A stretch of 64,000 bases of DNA from an uncultured Thermoleophilia bacterium (lineage in GTDB: Bacteria; Actinomycetota; Thermoleophilia; UBA2241), in the NCBI GenBank assembly GCA_963702475.1, contig CAVPCT010000003.1, positions 448,001 to 512,000 on the forward strand. Direction: 5' to 3'. The notes beneath the pieces are model-generated. The model worked only from the letters and a program-made list of their open reading frames with translations. It had not been told where the DNA came from and did no database searches. This document shows positions 10,219 to 21,170 of this stretch, piece by piece (positions within the stretch are counted from its first letter, which is position 1; every line of letters starts with the position of its first letter). Position numbers and translations under genes: made by a program.

Positions 10219-11076
10219 GTGCACGTCGACCGGCCGCTCGGCGGCAAGACCGTGGTCGTCACGCGGCCGGCCGAGCAGGCCGCTTCTCTGGCGGAGCCTC
10301 TGGAGCGCCTCGGCGCGCGTGTGTTGCTGGCGCCGACCATCCGCATCGTACCCAGACCCTGGGACGACGAGGTCGCGGCCGCGGTCGAGGGACTCGCCTC
10401 CTACGGGCTGGTGGTCTTCACCAGCAGGAACGGCGTGGACAGCTTCCTCGACCACCTCGAGACGGCCGGGCGGAGGCCCGAGTCCGGGCCGGTGCCGGGC
10501 TCCATGACGCCGCGGCCGCTCGCCCCCGGCGTGCTGGTCGCTGCCGTCGGCTCGGCTACAGCCTCAGCTCTGGAAGAGCGCGGCGTGGCCGTCGATCTGG
10601 TGCCGGACGAGTTCATCGCGGAGGGCCTCGTGTCCACACTCGAGCAGGAGGGCATCGTGCCGGCTGGGACGAGGGTCCTGCTGCCCACGGCGCGGCGCGC
10701 GCGGCCGGTGCTCCCCGACGCGCTGCGCGCCCGGGGCGCGCAGGTGGACGTGCTGGCCGTCTACGACACCGTCGCGGCCGAGACCCTCGCGCTGCCGCCG
10801 GCCGAGCTTGCGGCCGCCGACTTCATCACGTTCACCTCCGCCAGCACCGCCGAGGAGCTCGCCGCTCTCGTGGGCGCGGCCCTCGCGGCGGGGGGCGCGC
10901 CGGCCGGCTCCCAGGCGCTCGCGGAGCTTCTCGTCGGCGTGCGCGTGTGCTCCATCGGACCGGCGACCAGCGCCGCTCTCGGTGCACTCGGCCTGCATGT
11001 CGCGGTGGAGGCGTCGGAGCACACCGCCGCCGGCCTCGTGGCGGCGATCGCCGGCGCCGCGCAGCGGTCCGCCTGA
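10219..11076 (+). CDS. hemD: Uroporphyrinogen-III synthase
   Basis: VVVTRP..QA, VFTS.NGV, AVG..TA, VYDT, FTSAS, SIGP.T. Confidence 0.92.
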   Translation: MHVDRPLGGKTVVVTRPAEQAASLAEPLERLGARVLLAPTIRIVPRPWDDEVAAAVEGLASYGLVVFTSRNGVDSFLDHLETAGRRPESGPVPGSMTPRPLAPGVLVAAVGSATASALEERGVAVDLVPDEFIAEGLVSTLEQEGIVPAGTRVLLPTARRARPVLPDALRARGAQVDVLAVYDTVAAETLALPPAELAAADFITFTSASTAEELAALVGAALAAGGAPAGSQALAELLVGVRVCSIGPATSAALGALGLHVAVEASEHTAAGLVAAIAGAAQRSA

Positions 11077-11151
11077 TCCTTTGCCACGCGGGTCGCGTGT
11101 ATACCGTCCAGGCTACGCATGCCGGCGGTGCGCCGGTGTCCCGGGCGCCCG

Positions 11152-11185
11152 CTACGACGTTGCGCCTCCGGGCGCAACGTCGTAG
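11152..11185. promoter_or_regulatory. Perfect 15-bp inverted repeat overlapping the -10 (TAGGTT 11183-11188) of a probable leaderless promoter
   Basis: CTACGACGTTGCGCC-TCCG-GGCGCAACGTCGTAG; TAGGTT lies 6 nt before ATG 11195. Confidence 0.55.
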
Positions 11186-11194
11186 GTTGCCGTC

Positions 11195-12001
11195 ATGGCC
11201 CGGCTGATCTGCTTCGCCAGCGACTATGGCCACGCCGACGACTTCGCCGGCGTGTGCCGCGGCGTGATCGCGCGTCTCGCGCCCGGCGTGCGCGTCATCG
11301 ACGTCACGCACGGCCTGCCGCAGCGCGACGTGATGGCCGGCGCGCTCATCCTGCGCAACTCGCTGCCGTACATGCCGGAGCGGGCCGTGCATCTCACGGT
11401 CGTCGATCCGGGAGTGGGCGGCCCGCGCCGGGCGGTCGCCCTTCGCAGCCGCGGCGACCGCCTCTTCGTGGGTCCGGACAACGGCCTCATGATGCTCGCC
11501 GTCGCGCGTGACGGCGGCGTGATCGAGGCCGTCGAGCTCACCAATGACGAGCTCTGGCTGTCCCCGCTCTCGGCCACCTTCCACGGCCGCGACATCTTCG
11601 CGCCGGTCGCCGCCCGGCTGGCCGACGGGCTGCCGCTCGAGGCGGCCGGCACGGCGGTCGACCCTGCCGGGCTGGTCCCGCTCGAGCTTCCCCAGGTGCG
11701 CCGTCACCGCGACGGACTCACGGCGACGGCGCTGCTCGTGGACCGCTTCGGCAACGTCACACTCAACCTGCGCGCCCGTCAGCTCGAGGAGGCCAGGCTT
11801 GGCGACGACGTGGAGCTGCTCTGCGGGGGCGAGCGCTTTCTGGCGCGCGTGGCGCGCACGTTCTCGTCGGTGCGGCCCAGCGACATCGTCGTGCTCGTGG
11901 ACAGCTACGGGCAGGCGGCGATCGCCGTCAACGCCGGCTCGGCGGTCGAAGTCCTGGGCCTGGAGCCCGGCGACGAGGTCCGCCTGCGGCGCCTCGGGTA
12001 G
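11195..12001 (+). CDS. SAM hydroxide adenosyltransferase / chlorinase-fluorinase family (DUF62)
   Basis: SDYG..D, IDVTH, VVDPGVG..RR, VGPDNG, SATFHGRDIFAP, DRFGN, AVNAGSA. Confidence 0.92.
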   Translation: MARLICFASDYGHADDFAGVCRGVIARLAPGVRVIDVTHGLPQRDVMAGALILRNSLPYMPERAVHLTVVDPGVGGPRRAVALRSRGDRLFVGPDNGLMMLAVARDGGVIEAVELTNDELWLSPLSATFHGRDIFAPVAARLADGLPLEAAGTAVDPAGLVPLELPQVRRHRDGLTATALLVDRFGNVTLNLRARQLEEARLGDDVELLCGGERFLARVARTFSSVRPSDIVVLVDSYGQAAIAVNAGSAVEVLGLEPGDEVRLRRLG

Positions 12002-12052
12002 CCTGCCGAAGGAGCAGCGCGCGGAGCTCCTACGCTCACCGCGCGCCCGGTG

Positions 12053-12081
12053 TTGCGCCGCTCGCCGGGATTCGCTATAGT
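12053..12081 (+). promoter_or_regulatory. Sigma70-type promoter of rplM-rpsI
   Basis: TTGCGC-N17-TATAGT, followed by a leader hairpin CGCGCGTCC-GAAG-GGGCGCGCG. Confidence 0.7.
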
Positions 12082-12136
12082 CCTCTTTCGCGCGTCCGAA
12101 GGGGCGCGCGTTCCGTCAGCGAGACCGAGAGAGCAC

Positions 12137-12571
12137 ATGAAGACGTACGTCGCCAAACCGTCCACCATCGAGAAGAAGTGGTACATCGTCGACGCCAAGG
12201 GCCAGACGCTTGGCCGGCTCTCCACCGTCGTCGCCGATTGCCTGCGCGGCAAGCGCAAGCCCATCTACACGCCGAACATCGACACGGGTGATTTCGTCGT
12301 CGTCATCAACGCCGACCAGATCGTCGTGACGGGCCGCAAGCCCGAGCAGAAGATGTACTACCACCACTCCGGCTACCCCGGCGGGCTCAAGGCAGAGTCC
12401 TACGCCAAGCTGCTGGCGCGCCGTCCGGAGGAGATCGTACGCCATGCCGTGCGCGGCATGCTGCCCCACAACAAGCTGGGCCGCGCCCAGCTCCGCAAGC
12501 TCAAGATCTACGCGGGCGCGGAGCATCCTCACGAGGCGCAGATGCCCGTTCCGCTGGAGATCAAGGAGTAG
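12137..12571 (+). CDS. rplM: 50S ribosomal protein L13
   Basis: [37 protein letters not shown]. Confidence 0.98.
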   Translation: MKTYVAKPSTIEKKWYIVDAKGQTLGRLSTVVADCLRGKRKPIYTPNIDTGDFVVVINADQIVVTGRKPEQKMYYHHSGYPGGLKAESYAKLLARRPEEIVRHAVRGMLPHNKLGRAQLRKLKIYAGAEHPHEAQMPVPLEIKE

Positions 12572-12573
12572 GC

Positions 12574-12969
12574 GTGGCTGATGCAGTGACTTACCGCGCG
12601 ACCGGCAAGCGCAAGACCAGCGTCGCTCGCGTGACGCTCATCCCCGGCGTCGGCAAGGTCGCCGTCAACGGCCGCGAGATAGACGCGTACTTCGGCCGCA
12701 AGGTCCTCGAGACCATCGCCCTCATGCCGTTCGACACCACGCGCACGCAGGGCCGCTTCGACGTCAAGGCCAACGTGTACGGCGGCGGCATCTCCAGCCA
12801 GGCCGGCGCCGTGCGTCACGGCATCGCCCGCGCCCTTTGCGAGGCCGACGAGAACCTGCGCACGCCGCTCAAGCGCGCCGGTTTCCTCACCCGCGACGAC
12901 CGTCAGGTCGAGCGCAAGAAGGCGGGCTTCCACAAGGCGCGCAAGAAGCCGCAGTTCAGCAAGCGCTGA
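12574..12969 (+). CDS. rpsI: 30S ribosomal protein S9
   Basis: [44 protein letters not shown]. Confidence 0.98.
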   Translation: MADAVTYRATGKRKTSVARVTLIPGVGKVAVNGREIDAYFGRKVLETIALMPFDTTRTQGRFDVKANVYGGGISSQAGAVRHGIARALCEADENLRTPLKRAGFLTRDDRQVERKKAGFHKARKKPQFSKR

Positions 12970-13006
12970 CGCACCCCGGGCACTCACCGCTACATCAGCG
13001 AGCTCC

Positions 13007-13032
13007 GACGGGCCGCCGCGAGGCGGCCCGTC
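13007..13032 (+). terminator. GC-rich hairpin after rpsI
   Basis: GACGGGCCGCC-GCGA-GGCGGCCCGTC; no U-tract. Confidence 0.45.
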
Positions 13033-13149
13033 CGCGTACGGGGTCCCGCGTCCTTGTCGGGATCGCCCGGGTGCCAGCGTGGCCGCGTGCGGCCGGCGGG
13101 CGGCTCACGACGAGGCGCCCGGTCGCGGAGGTTGACCGGCATCAAGGGG

Positions 13150-13587
13150 ATGGCGCGCGCGAGCCGGTACAGTCGAGCTGTGCGGTTCGTCACCAGACAC
13201 CTCCTGCTCGCCGTCGGCTGGACGGCCCTCGGCTTGGCGGCGGTCGGCATCGTCGTCCCAGTGCTGCCGACCGTGCCGTTCCTCCTGCTGGCTGCGGCCT
13301 GCTTTCTCAGAAGCTCCGAGCGGCTGCACCGCTGGCTGGTCACGCACCCGCTGTTCGGCCGCCACATCGCCGACTACCTGGCCGGGCGGGGTCTGCGGGT
13401 GCGTGCCAAGGTGACAGCGCTGGCGATGCTGTGGGCGAGCATCCTGCTCAGCGTCATCCTGGTCGTGCCGCTGCTGTGGGCCGACGCCGTGATGCTGGCG
13501 CTCGCGGCGGCCGTGAGCGTGTACATCCTCCGGCTGCCCACGTGCCCGCCCGGCCCGCCGTCGGGCGGGTCGTGCCGTAGCGGCTGA
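13150..13587 (+). CDS. YbaN/DUF454 membrane protein
   Basis: G..GIVVPVLPTVPFLLLAAACF.RSS.RLH.WL..HP.FG. Confidence 0.88.
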   Translation: MARASRYSRAVRFVTRHLLLAVGWTALGLAAVGIVVPVLPTVPFLLLAAACFLRSSERLHRWLVTHPLFGRHIADYLAGRGLRVRAKVTALAMLWASILLSVILVVPLLWADAVMLALAAAVSVYILRLPTCPPGPPSGGSCRSG

Positions 13588-13741
13588 CTCTGGCGGCTGC
13601 TCGTCTTGAGGCGGCGCCGTGGACGCTGGGCGCCGCCGCAGCCGGCCGCACCCGGCGCCGCCGCGCAGCTCGTGCTCGCGGCGCGGGGCGGCAGGTGGCA
13701 TACTGCCGCCTACGCCGCACGGCCTCACAGGAAAGGTGGGG

Positions 13742-15223
13742 ATGGGTACGACCGAGACAGCTTGCGCGGGATCGGGCGCACGCCCGCGCGTGATCCTGCG
13801 CGCCTGCCCGTCGTACGACGTGGCGCGCATCAGGCGCATCGTCCGCGAGGGCATGGAGGAGCTCGGGCTGCGGCCTGAGGGGCGTACGCTGGTCAAGCCC
13901 AACCTCGTGGCCAGCGGCCGCCTGTTCACGCACTCGCACACGCGGGCGGAGTTCTTCGAGGGCGTCATCCTGGCGCTGCAGGACAGGGCCGACGGCCGTC
14001 GGAGCGGGCTGGCGGTCGGGGAGAGGAGCGGCGTCACCATCCCGACGCGGTTCTCCTACGCCGGCTCGGGGTTCGACCGCGTCATCCGGAAGACGGGCAT
14101 CCGCCGGTTCTGCTTCGACGAGGAGCAGCAGGTCGAGGTGCCGCTCCGTCACGAGGGCCGGCTGCGCGACTCCGTGTTCGTCCCGCGCTCCGTCGCGGCC
14201 ACCGACTTCCTCGTCAACTGCCCCAAGTTCAAGGCGCACCCCTGGACCACCGTGACCTTCTCGATGAAGAACTTCATCGGCATCCAGGACGACCGGCACC
14301 GCCTGATCGACCACGACCACCACCTGAACGCCAAGGTGGCGGACCTCCAGCACGTGATCCAGCCGCGCTTCATCGCCATGGACGCCATCGTCGCGGGGCA
14401 GGGCCCCATGCTCACGCCGGAGCCCTTCGACCTTGGCCTGGTGATCATGGGCGACAACCAGCCGGCCTTCGACGCGGTGTGCTGCGCCGTGATCGGTGTG
14501 GACCCGCACAGCGTTGAGCACATCCGGGTCGCGCACGCACAGGGCTTCGGCCCGATCGACCTCGGCGACATCGTCGTCAGCGGTGACGTGACCGTGGACG
14601 AGGCGCGGCGCCGGGCGCGGGGCTTCAAGGTCGGACTCGTCCGCGTGGAGGAGTGGTTCGAGGGTACGAGCGTCTCCTGCTACGCAGGACCGCCGACCGC
14701 GGACGGTACCCACGACTACTGCTGGGGCGGGTGCCCGGGGACGCTGCTCGAGGCGTACTCGGTGCTGCGGCGCTTCGACGCGGAGACCGACCGCAAGATG
14801 CCGAAGCTGCACATCGTGTTCGGCGACTACCGCGGCGAGATCCCGGCACGGCGCGGGGAGAAGGTCGTGTTCGTCGGCGGCTGCACCACGTGGAAGGGCA
14901 GGATCGGCGGCCGCGAGGTGGCCGTGGACAAGCTGCCCGTCGCCCGCGCGCTCACCGACCCGCACCACGCCCGGCACCAGGACATCTACGCCAAGATGCT
15001 GGCCGTGACGTACCGTCTGCTCAAGGCCAGGGGGGCGGACCACGTGCGCCTCCCCGGCTGCCCGATCAGCGTCGCGGAGCAGGTCCTCATGCTGTGTCAC
15101 CTGAGCGGTGCGAAGAACCCGTACTTCGACCCGCGGATCGTGATGGGGTTCAACCGCGGCTACCTCGGCTGGCGGCTGGCGGCCCTGCGGCGCGGAAGGT
15201 ACCAGGAGCCGGCGCGGGTTTGA
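13742..15223 (+). CDS. DUF362 family protein with a Cys-containing C-terminal domain
   Basis: LVKPNL, VGE, N.PKFK.H..T.VT.SMKN..G, D.I.AG.GP, AFDAV; C-terminal CWGGCPG, GGC, PGCP. Confidence 0.8.
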   Translation: MGTTETACAGSGARPRVILRACPSYDVARIRRIVREGMEELGLRPEGRTLVKPNLVASGRLFTHSHTRAEFFEGVILALQDRADGRRSGLAVGERSGVTIPTRFSYAGSGFDRVIRKTGIRRFCFDEEQQVEVPLRHEGRLRDSVFVPRSVAATDFLVNCPKFKAHPWTTVTFSMKNFIGIQDDRHRLIDHDHHLNAKVADLQHVIQPRFIAMDAIVAGQGPMLTPEPFDLGLVIMGDNQPAFDAVCCAVIGVDPHSVEHIRVAHAQGFGPIDLGDIVVSGDVTVDEARRRARGFKVGLVRVEEWFEGTSVSCYAGPPTADGTHDYCWGGCPGTLLEAYSVLRRFDAETDRKMPKLHIVFGDYRGEIPARRGEKVVFVGGCTTWKGRIGGREVAVDKLPVARALTDPHHARHQDIYAKMLAVTYRLLKARGADHVRLPGCPISVAEQVLMLCHLSGAKNPYFDPRIVMGFNRGYLGWRLAALRRGRYQEPARV

Positions 15224-15284
15224 GCCGGCGGCGAGCGCCCGGCCGTCGGTGCTAGGATGCGTCAGTCGACCGCGAGGAGTCCCG

Positions 15285-15518
15285 ATGGCCCGGTATCGCA
15301 ATCCCGCGCGCCCGCCGCGCAACACCGCCCCCCTGTGGAAGAAGCTCTCGGTGGTGCTGGCGGCCCCGGTGGCGGTCGTCGTCGTCGTCACGCTGCTGCA
15401 CGCCAACGAGTGGAACTTCTTCCTCTTCCTGTTCGTCGTCATCGTCGTGGCGGCGGTCGCGGTGTGGGTCATGGCCAAGCTGCTCGGCGTGCACCTGAGC
15501 CTGCGCAGCTGGGACTGA
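15285..15518 (+). CDS. Small two-TM hypothetical protein
   Basis: GAGGAG RBS, two hydrophobic segments, high GC3. Confidence 0.65.
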   Translation: MARYRNPARPPRNTAPLWKKLSVVLAAPVAVVVVVTLLHANEWNFFLFLFVVIVVAAVAVWVMAKLLGVHLSLRSWD

Positions 15519-15581
15519 TGCACGGAAGAGCAGTAGAGCGGCTCTCGCGCCGTCAGGCGCAGAGAGAGACGGACTAGCGAA

Positions 15582-16919
15582 GTGGGCGCCTACTTCGGTA
15601 CCGACGGCATCCGCGGCGTCGCCGGCGAACTGCTGACCGCGGAGCTCGCCGTGCAGGTCGGCAGAGCGGCGGCCGTTGTGCTGGCGCAGAAGGCCGGCCC
15701 GCACCCGCTGTTCGTGATCGGGCGCGACACGCGGCTCAGCGGCCCGATGCTGGAGGCGGCGCTCACTGCCGGTCTCACCAGCGGGGGCGCCCGCGTGGAG
15801 GTCGCCGGCGTCATGCCGACGCCCGCCCTCGCCGCGCTCGTGCTCAAGCACGGCGCCGCCGCGGGTGTCGTGGTCAGCGCCTCCCACAACCCCTTCCGCG
15901 ACAACGGCATCAAGCTCTTCTCCTCGGCCGGGCTCAAGCTCAGCGACGAGGAGGAGGCCGAGATAGAGGCGCACATCGCCCACCACGATCTGCAGTCGCT
16001 GGCCGGTGCCGACTTCGGCAGCGCCGAGCGGCTCGACGGCGTGGTGGAGGCGTACACCCTCGACCTGGCGCGGCGCATACCGCTGGACCTGCGCGGCATG
16101 AGGGTCGCCGTCGACTGCGCCAACGGTGCGATGTACCGCGCGGCGCCGCTGGCCCTGGTCGAGTCCGGCGCCGACGCCACCGTCATGTTCTCCGACCCGG
16201 ACGGCGTGAACATCAACGCCGGCTGCGGCAGCACCCACATCGGCGCGTTGCAGCAGGCGGTGCGCGCCGGCGGGTTCGACCTGGGCCTCGCCTTCGACGG
16301 CGACGGCGATCGCGTGCTCGCCGTCGACGCCTCCGGCGAGCTGGTGGACGGCGACTTCATCATCGCGATACTAGCGAAACACCTGAAAGGCCGTGGGCTC
16401 CTTCGCGGCGACACCGTCGTGACGACGGTGATGACCAACCTCGGCTTCCACCAGGCCATGGCGCGCGAGGGCATCCAGGTGGTGGTGACCGACGTCGGCG
16501 ACCGCTATGTCATAGCTGAGATGCTCAAGGGGGACTACCTGCTCGGCGGGGAGCAGTCCGGCCACATCATCAACCGCGACCTGAGCACGACGGGGGACGG
16601 TCTGGCGACGGCCCTGCTGCTGCTCCAGGCGCTGGGCCAGATGGACGTGCCTCTCGCCGAGGCGGCCACAGTGATGCGGCGCCTGCCGCAGAAGCTGGTC
16701 AACGTGCGCGTGCGCGACCGCGACGAGCTCGCAGGCGCGGCCGAGGTGTGGGCGGCGGTGGACGCCGAGAGCCAGCGTCTGGGCGGCGGCGGCCGTGTGC
16801 TGGTGCGCACCTCCGGCACGGAGCCGCTGGTGCGCGTGATGGCCGAGGGGCCGACGGTGGAAGACGTGGACGGGGCCTGCGAGCGCATCGTCGCGGTCGT
16901 GCAGGAGCATCTGACCTGA
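15582..16919 (+). CDS. glmM: Phosphoglucosamine mutase
   Basis: YFGTDGIRG, SASHNP..DNGIK, FDGDGDR, TVMTNLG, GGEQSGH. Confidence 0.97.
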   Translation: MGAYFGTDGIRGVAGELLTAELAVQVGRAAAVVLAQKAGPHPLFVIGRDTRLSGPMLEAALTAGLTSGGARVEVAGVMPTPALAALVLKHGAAAGVVVSASHNPFRDNGIKLFSSAGLKLSDEEEAEIEAHIAHHDLQSLAGADFGSAERLDGVVEAYTLDLARRIPLDLRGMRVAVDCANGAMYRAAPLALVESGADATVMFSDPDGVNINAGCGSTHIGALQQAVRAGGFDLGLAFDGDGDRVLAVDASGELVDGDFIIAILAKHLKGRGLLRGDTVVTTVMTNLGFHQAMAREGIQVVVTDVGDRYVIAEMLKGDYLLGGEQSGHIINRDLSTTGDGLATALLLLQALGQMDVPLAEAATVMRRLPQKLVNVRVRDRDELAGAAEVWAAVDAESQRLGGGGRVLVRTSGTEPLVRVMAEGPTVEDVDGACERIVAVVQEHLT

Positions 16920-16997
16920 GGGACGGCGGGCCCGGTCGTCCCCGCGGAAGGACTACGAAGGCCTGGGCTGAGTCCGGGCGCGGCGGGCGGCCCTTGC

Positions 16998-17341
16998 TCA
17001 GTCGGGGACGGCGACGAGCGTGACATCGGTGCGGGAGAAGTCGTTGCCGACCGCCATCAGTGGTGCCCCCGCCTGCATCGCCTGCGCGTAGGAACAGCAG
17101 TCCACGATGTTCAGCCCCGCGGGGCGCCGGCCCTTGCCCCAACGCTCCAGGCCTCCGCGGCGAACACCGCCAGCTCGTGCGTGAGTGAGACGACCTCGAT
17201 GCCGAACGCATCCAGCAGCAGTCCAAACTCCGCCTGGCCGGCAGGGCCCAGCCGGGCGAGGCTGACGATCGTGCCCTCCAGCAGACAGGCCGCAGAGGCC
17301 CGCACTCGCTCCGGTTCTCTAGAATCCATGGAAGTCGACAT
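16998..17341 (-). pseudogene. vapC: Degenerate VapC (PIN) toxin gene
   Basis: SAA.LLE...F.I.VV....A..AW, then a 1-nt shift near 17147 into RWGKGRRPAGLNIVDCCSYA.A...APL..VGNDFSRTD. The N-terminus is shortened and no antitoxin ORF is visible. Confidence 0.75.
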
Positions 17342-17454
17342 CGAGCTCGGTCTCGTGTCCGGCGGACGACGCGGGGAGGACCCGAGCAGCGCGACGGGGT
17401 ACACTACTCCCGACATACGCAGACCGGCGGAGCGGACTCCCAAGTCAGCAACCC

Positions 17455-17608
17455 AGCGCCTGGCCCGCGTGGTCGCGCCCCTCCGGGGCGCCGCACGCGG
17501 GTGACGAGGTGGAGGTTCATCGAAAGACTCGGCGGATGCCTCCCGGCCCGGCACGGTCGTGATCGAGTCGCCAAAACCCGCCGGCGACGGCGGAACAAAC
17601 CGGCTCGA
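17455..17608 (+). ncRNA. glmS ribozyme (GlcN6P-activated self-cleaving riboswitch)
   Basis: AGCGCCTGG cleavage segment, long P1 (CCCGCGT...ACGCGGG) and core TGACGAGGTGGAGGTTCATCGAAAGACTCGGCGGATGCCTCCCGG; P4 region CAAAACCCGCC-GGCGA-CGGCGGAACAAA; TACACT -10 at 17400; upstream of glmS. Confidence 0.92.
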
Positions 17609-17665
17609 AGGTGCCGTCCGCAGCCCTGCCCATCTGCGCCCACACCCCGCGAGGGAGGGAGCGCC

Positions 17666-19513
<1,848 letters not shown>

Positions 19514-19609
19514 GGATCCCGGACCGGGAGGGCGACGGGGGTGGCCACGCGCAGGGCCGCCGTCGCCCCCGCCGCCTGCGGCGATGTCTGCGGCCCGCGC
19601 GGCCGCCCC

Positions 19610-19828
19610 TCACTCGGGACGGCCGAGCCGCAGTCGCAGGATGCCCAGCGCGATCGCCAGCTCGAGCAGCGCCAGCGCGGCCCAGCCGCAGCGTCGCGGG
19701 CCGCGCGCCCGGGCGGAGCGGGCCGCCAGGGCCGCTGCGGCTCCGGCCGCACCCGCCAGCGACAGCGCCCACACGGCCGGGTGTTCGGCCAGATAGCGGG
19801 GCGGGCCTTTCAGGTCGCGCCGCGTCAT
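19610..19828 (-). CDS. Small membrane hypothetical protein
   Basis: Strong GAGGAGGAG RBS; two hydrophobic stretches. Confidence 0.5.
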   Translation of the reverse strand: MTRRDLKGPPRYLAEHPAVWALSLAGAAGAAAALAARSARARGPRRCGWAALALLELAIALGILRLRLGRPE

Positions 19829-19873
19829 CGTCTCCTCCTCGTTGTCGCGCGTCGGGCCCGCACGACGAGGGCG

Positions 19874-20293
19874 TCACACCGCCCGCATGCGGTTGTTGCG
19901 CGGGTTGTGCTCGAGCTCGGCCAGGCCCAGGGCCTCGAGCAGCGGCGGCAGGTACATGCCGAAGCGGCCGCGGAGGCCCTTCCTGAGTCCGTACCAGCCG
20001 CCGACCGGGTTGTCGGGCGAGCGGCCCCACGCCTCCACGGTGCCCTCCGCGGCCGGCTTCTGCTCGTCGGCGGCGCCCAGGGGGACCCAGTCACCCAGCT
20101 CCTTCAGCCAGGCGTGCAGGTCGTCGATGGCGTTGAGACGGTAGGAGAGTGTGGTCTTGCCGACCACGCAGACGAGGGCGGGCGGGTCCGCCGCCTCGTC
20201 GCGGTACATCAGGTACTCGGAGCTGCCGGGCGGGGTCTTGAGGACCCAGGGGTCCTCTCTGGTGCCCGTCCCTGTCGCGGTGACGTCAGCCAT
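19874..20293 (-). CDS. Conserved hypothetical protein (DUF6855-like)
   Basis: GT.EDPW.LKTPPG.SEY.MYRD, W..LGAADEQK, GWYGLRKG.RGRFGMY.PPLLE. Confidence 0.75.
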   Translation of the reverse strand: MADVTATGTGTREDPWVLKTPPGSSEYLMYRDEAADPPALVCVVGKTTLSYRLNAIDDLHAWLKELGDWVPLGAADEQKPAAEGTVEAWGRSPDNPVGGWYGLRKGLRGRFGMYLPPLLEALGLAELEHNPRNNRMRAV

Positions 20294-20384
20294 GGTCCGC
20301 ACCTTCGCTTTCGTGAGCGATGTGAGCCGTAGGGTACCCGGCTGCCGCACGTGCGCACACATCTATCGGCGAGCGAGGCCGGCG

Positions 20385-21062
20385 TCAAAGCCGGCGGAGG
20401 CGTTCGGTCCGCTTGGGGATCCCCGCCCGGACGGTGCGCCAGGTGTCGCCGTCGAGCACGTCGTACTCACGGAAACAGCAGAGGATGCCGCGCGCCGTCC
20501 GCGGGTCCCGCTCGTCCATCAGCTGGAAGTGGAGGTGCGGAGCCGTCGAGTTGCCGGAGTGGCCGACGGCGGCGACGACCTGACCTGCGGTGACCCGGTC
20601 TCCCGGCCGGACCCGCACCGAGCCGGTCTGCGCGTGGGCGTAGAGCACGAAGCCGTACTCGGATTCCACCATGACGTGGTTGCCGGTCAGCGGCCGGAAG
20701 TCCGTGAGCTTGTCGACGTCGAAGGTGAGGCCGTTGCGCAGGGCCACGGCCAAGTCGCGGACGGGGTGGACCGGGTCCCGCTCGGGCCAGCCGTCCTCGG
20801 CCTGCACCACCACACCGGGGGTCGCCGCGAGGATCGGCTCACCCCAGCCGAAGCAACCTCGCAGCGGGATGCCGGAGGTCAAGTACCGGAAGACCGAGTG
20901 TCGCGAGAGGCGCACGCCCTTCGATGCCTGCACGGTGCGCACGAAGTCATACGCGTATCGCTGCCCCAGCAGGTCGGTGCCGTGGCTCGGCACGCGCGTG
21001 CCCGGCGTGTTGGGAGTCCACCACTCGCCCCTCAACGGGAAGTCCACCACAACGGGTCCCAT
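20385..21062 (-). CDS. M23 family metallopeptidase
   Basis: SHG....QRYAYDF, GNHV, YAH...GS..V..GD.V..GQ, GHSGNSTAPHLHFQ. Confidence 0.88.
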   Translation of the reverse strand: MGPVVVDFPLRGEWWTPNTPGTRVPSHGTDLLGQRYAYDFVRTVQASKGVRLSRHSVFRYLTSGIPLRGCFGWGEPILAATPGVVVQAEDGWPERDPVHPVRDLAVALRNGLTFDVDKLTDFRPLTGNHVMVESEYGFVLYAHAQTGSVRVRPGDRVTAGQVVAAVGHSGNSTAPHLHFQLMDERDPRTARGILCCFREYDVLDGDTWRTVRAGIPKRTERLRRL

Positions 21063-21170
21063 CGTCGGCTCCTCGCTCGCGAACGCGCCCTGCAGGCGGG
21101 TCAGTCCGCGTGGATACTACGCCCCTTCGCGGCGGGACGGCACGGCGAGCCGGGCGGATAGAATGGCGGG

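Noticed and set aside
11195-12001. True fluorinase/chlorinase for halometabolite synthesis
   Set aside because: Has the DUF62 hydrolase-type D/R/H residues (VVDPGVG..R, TFHGRD) and a housekeeping context with no biosynthetic cluster
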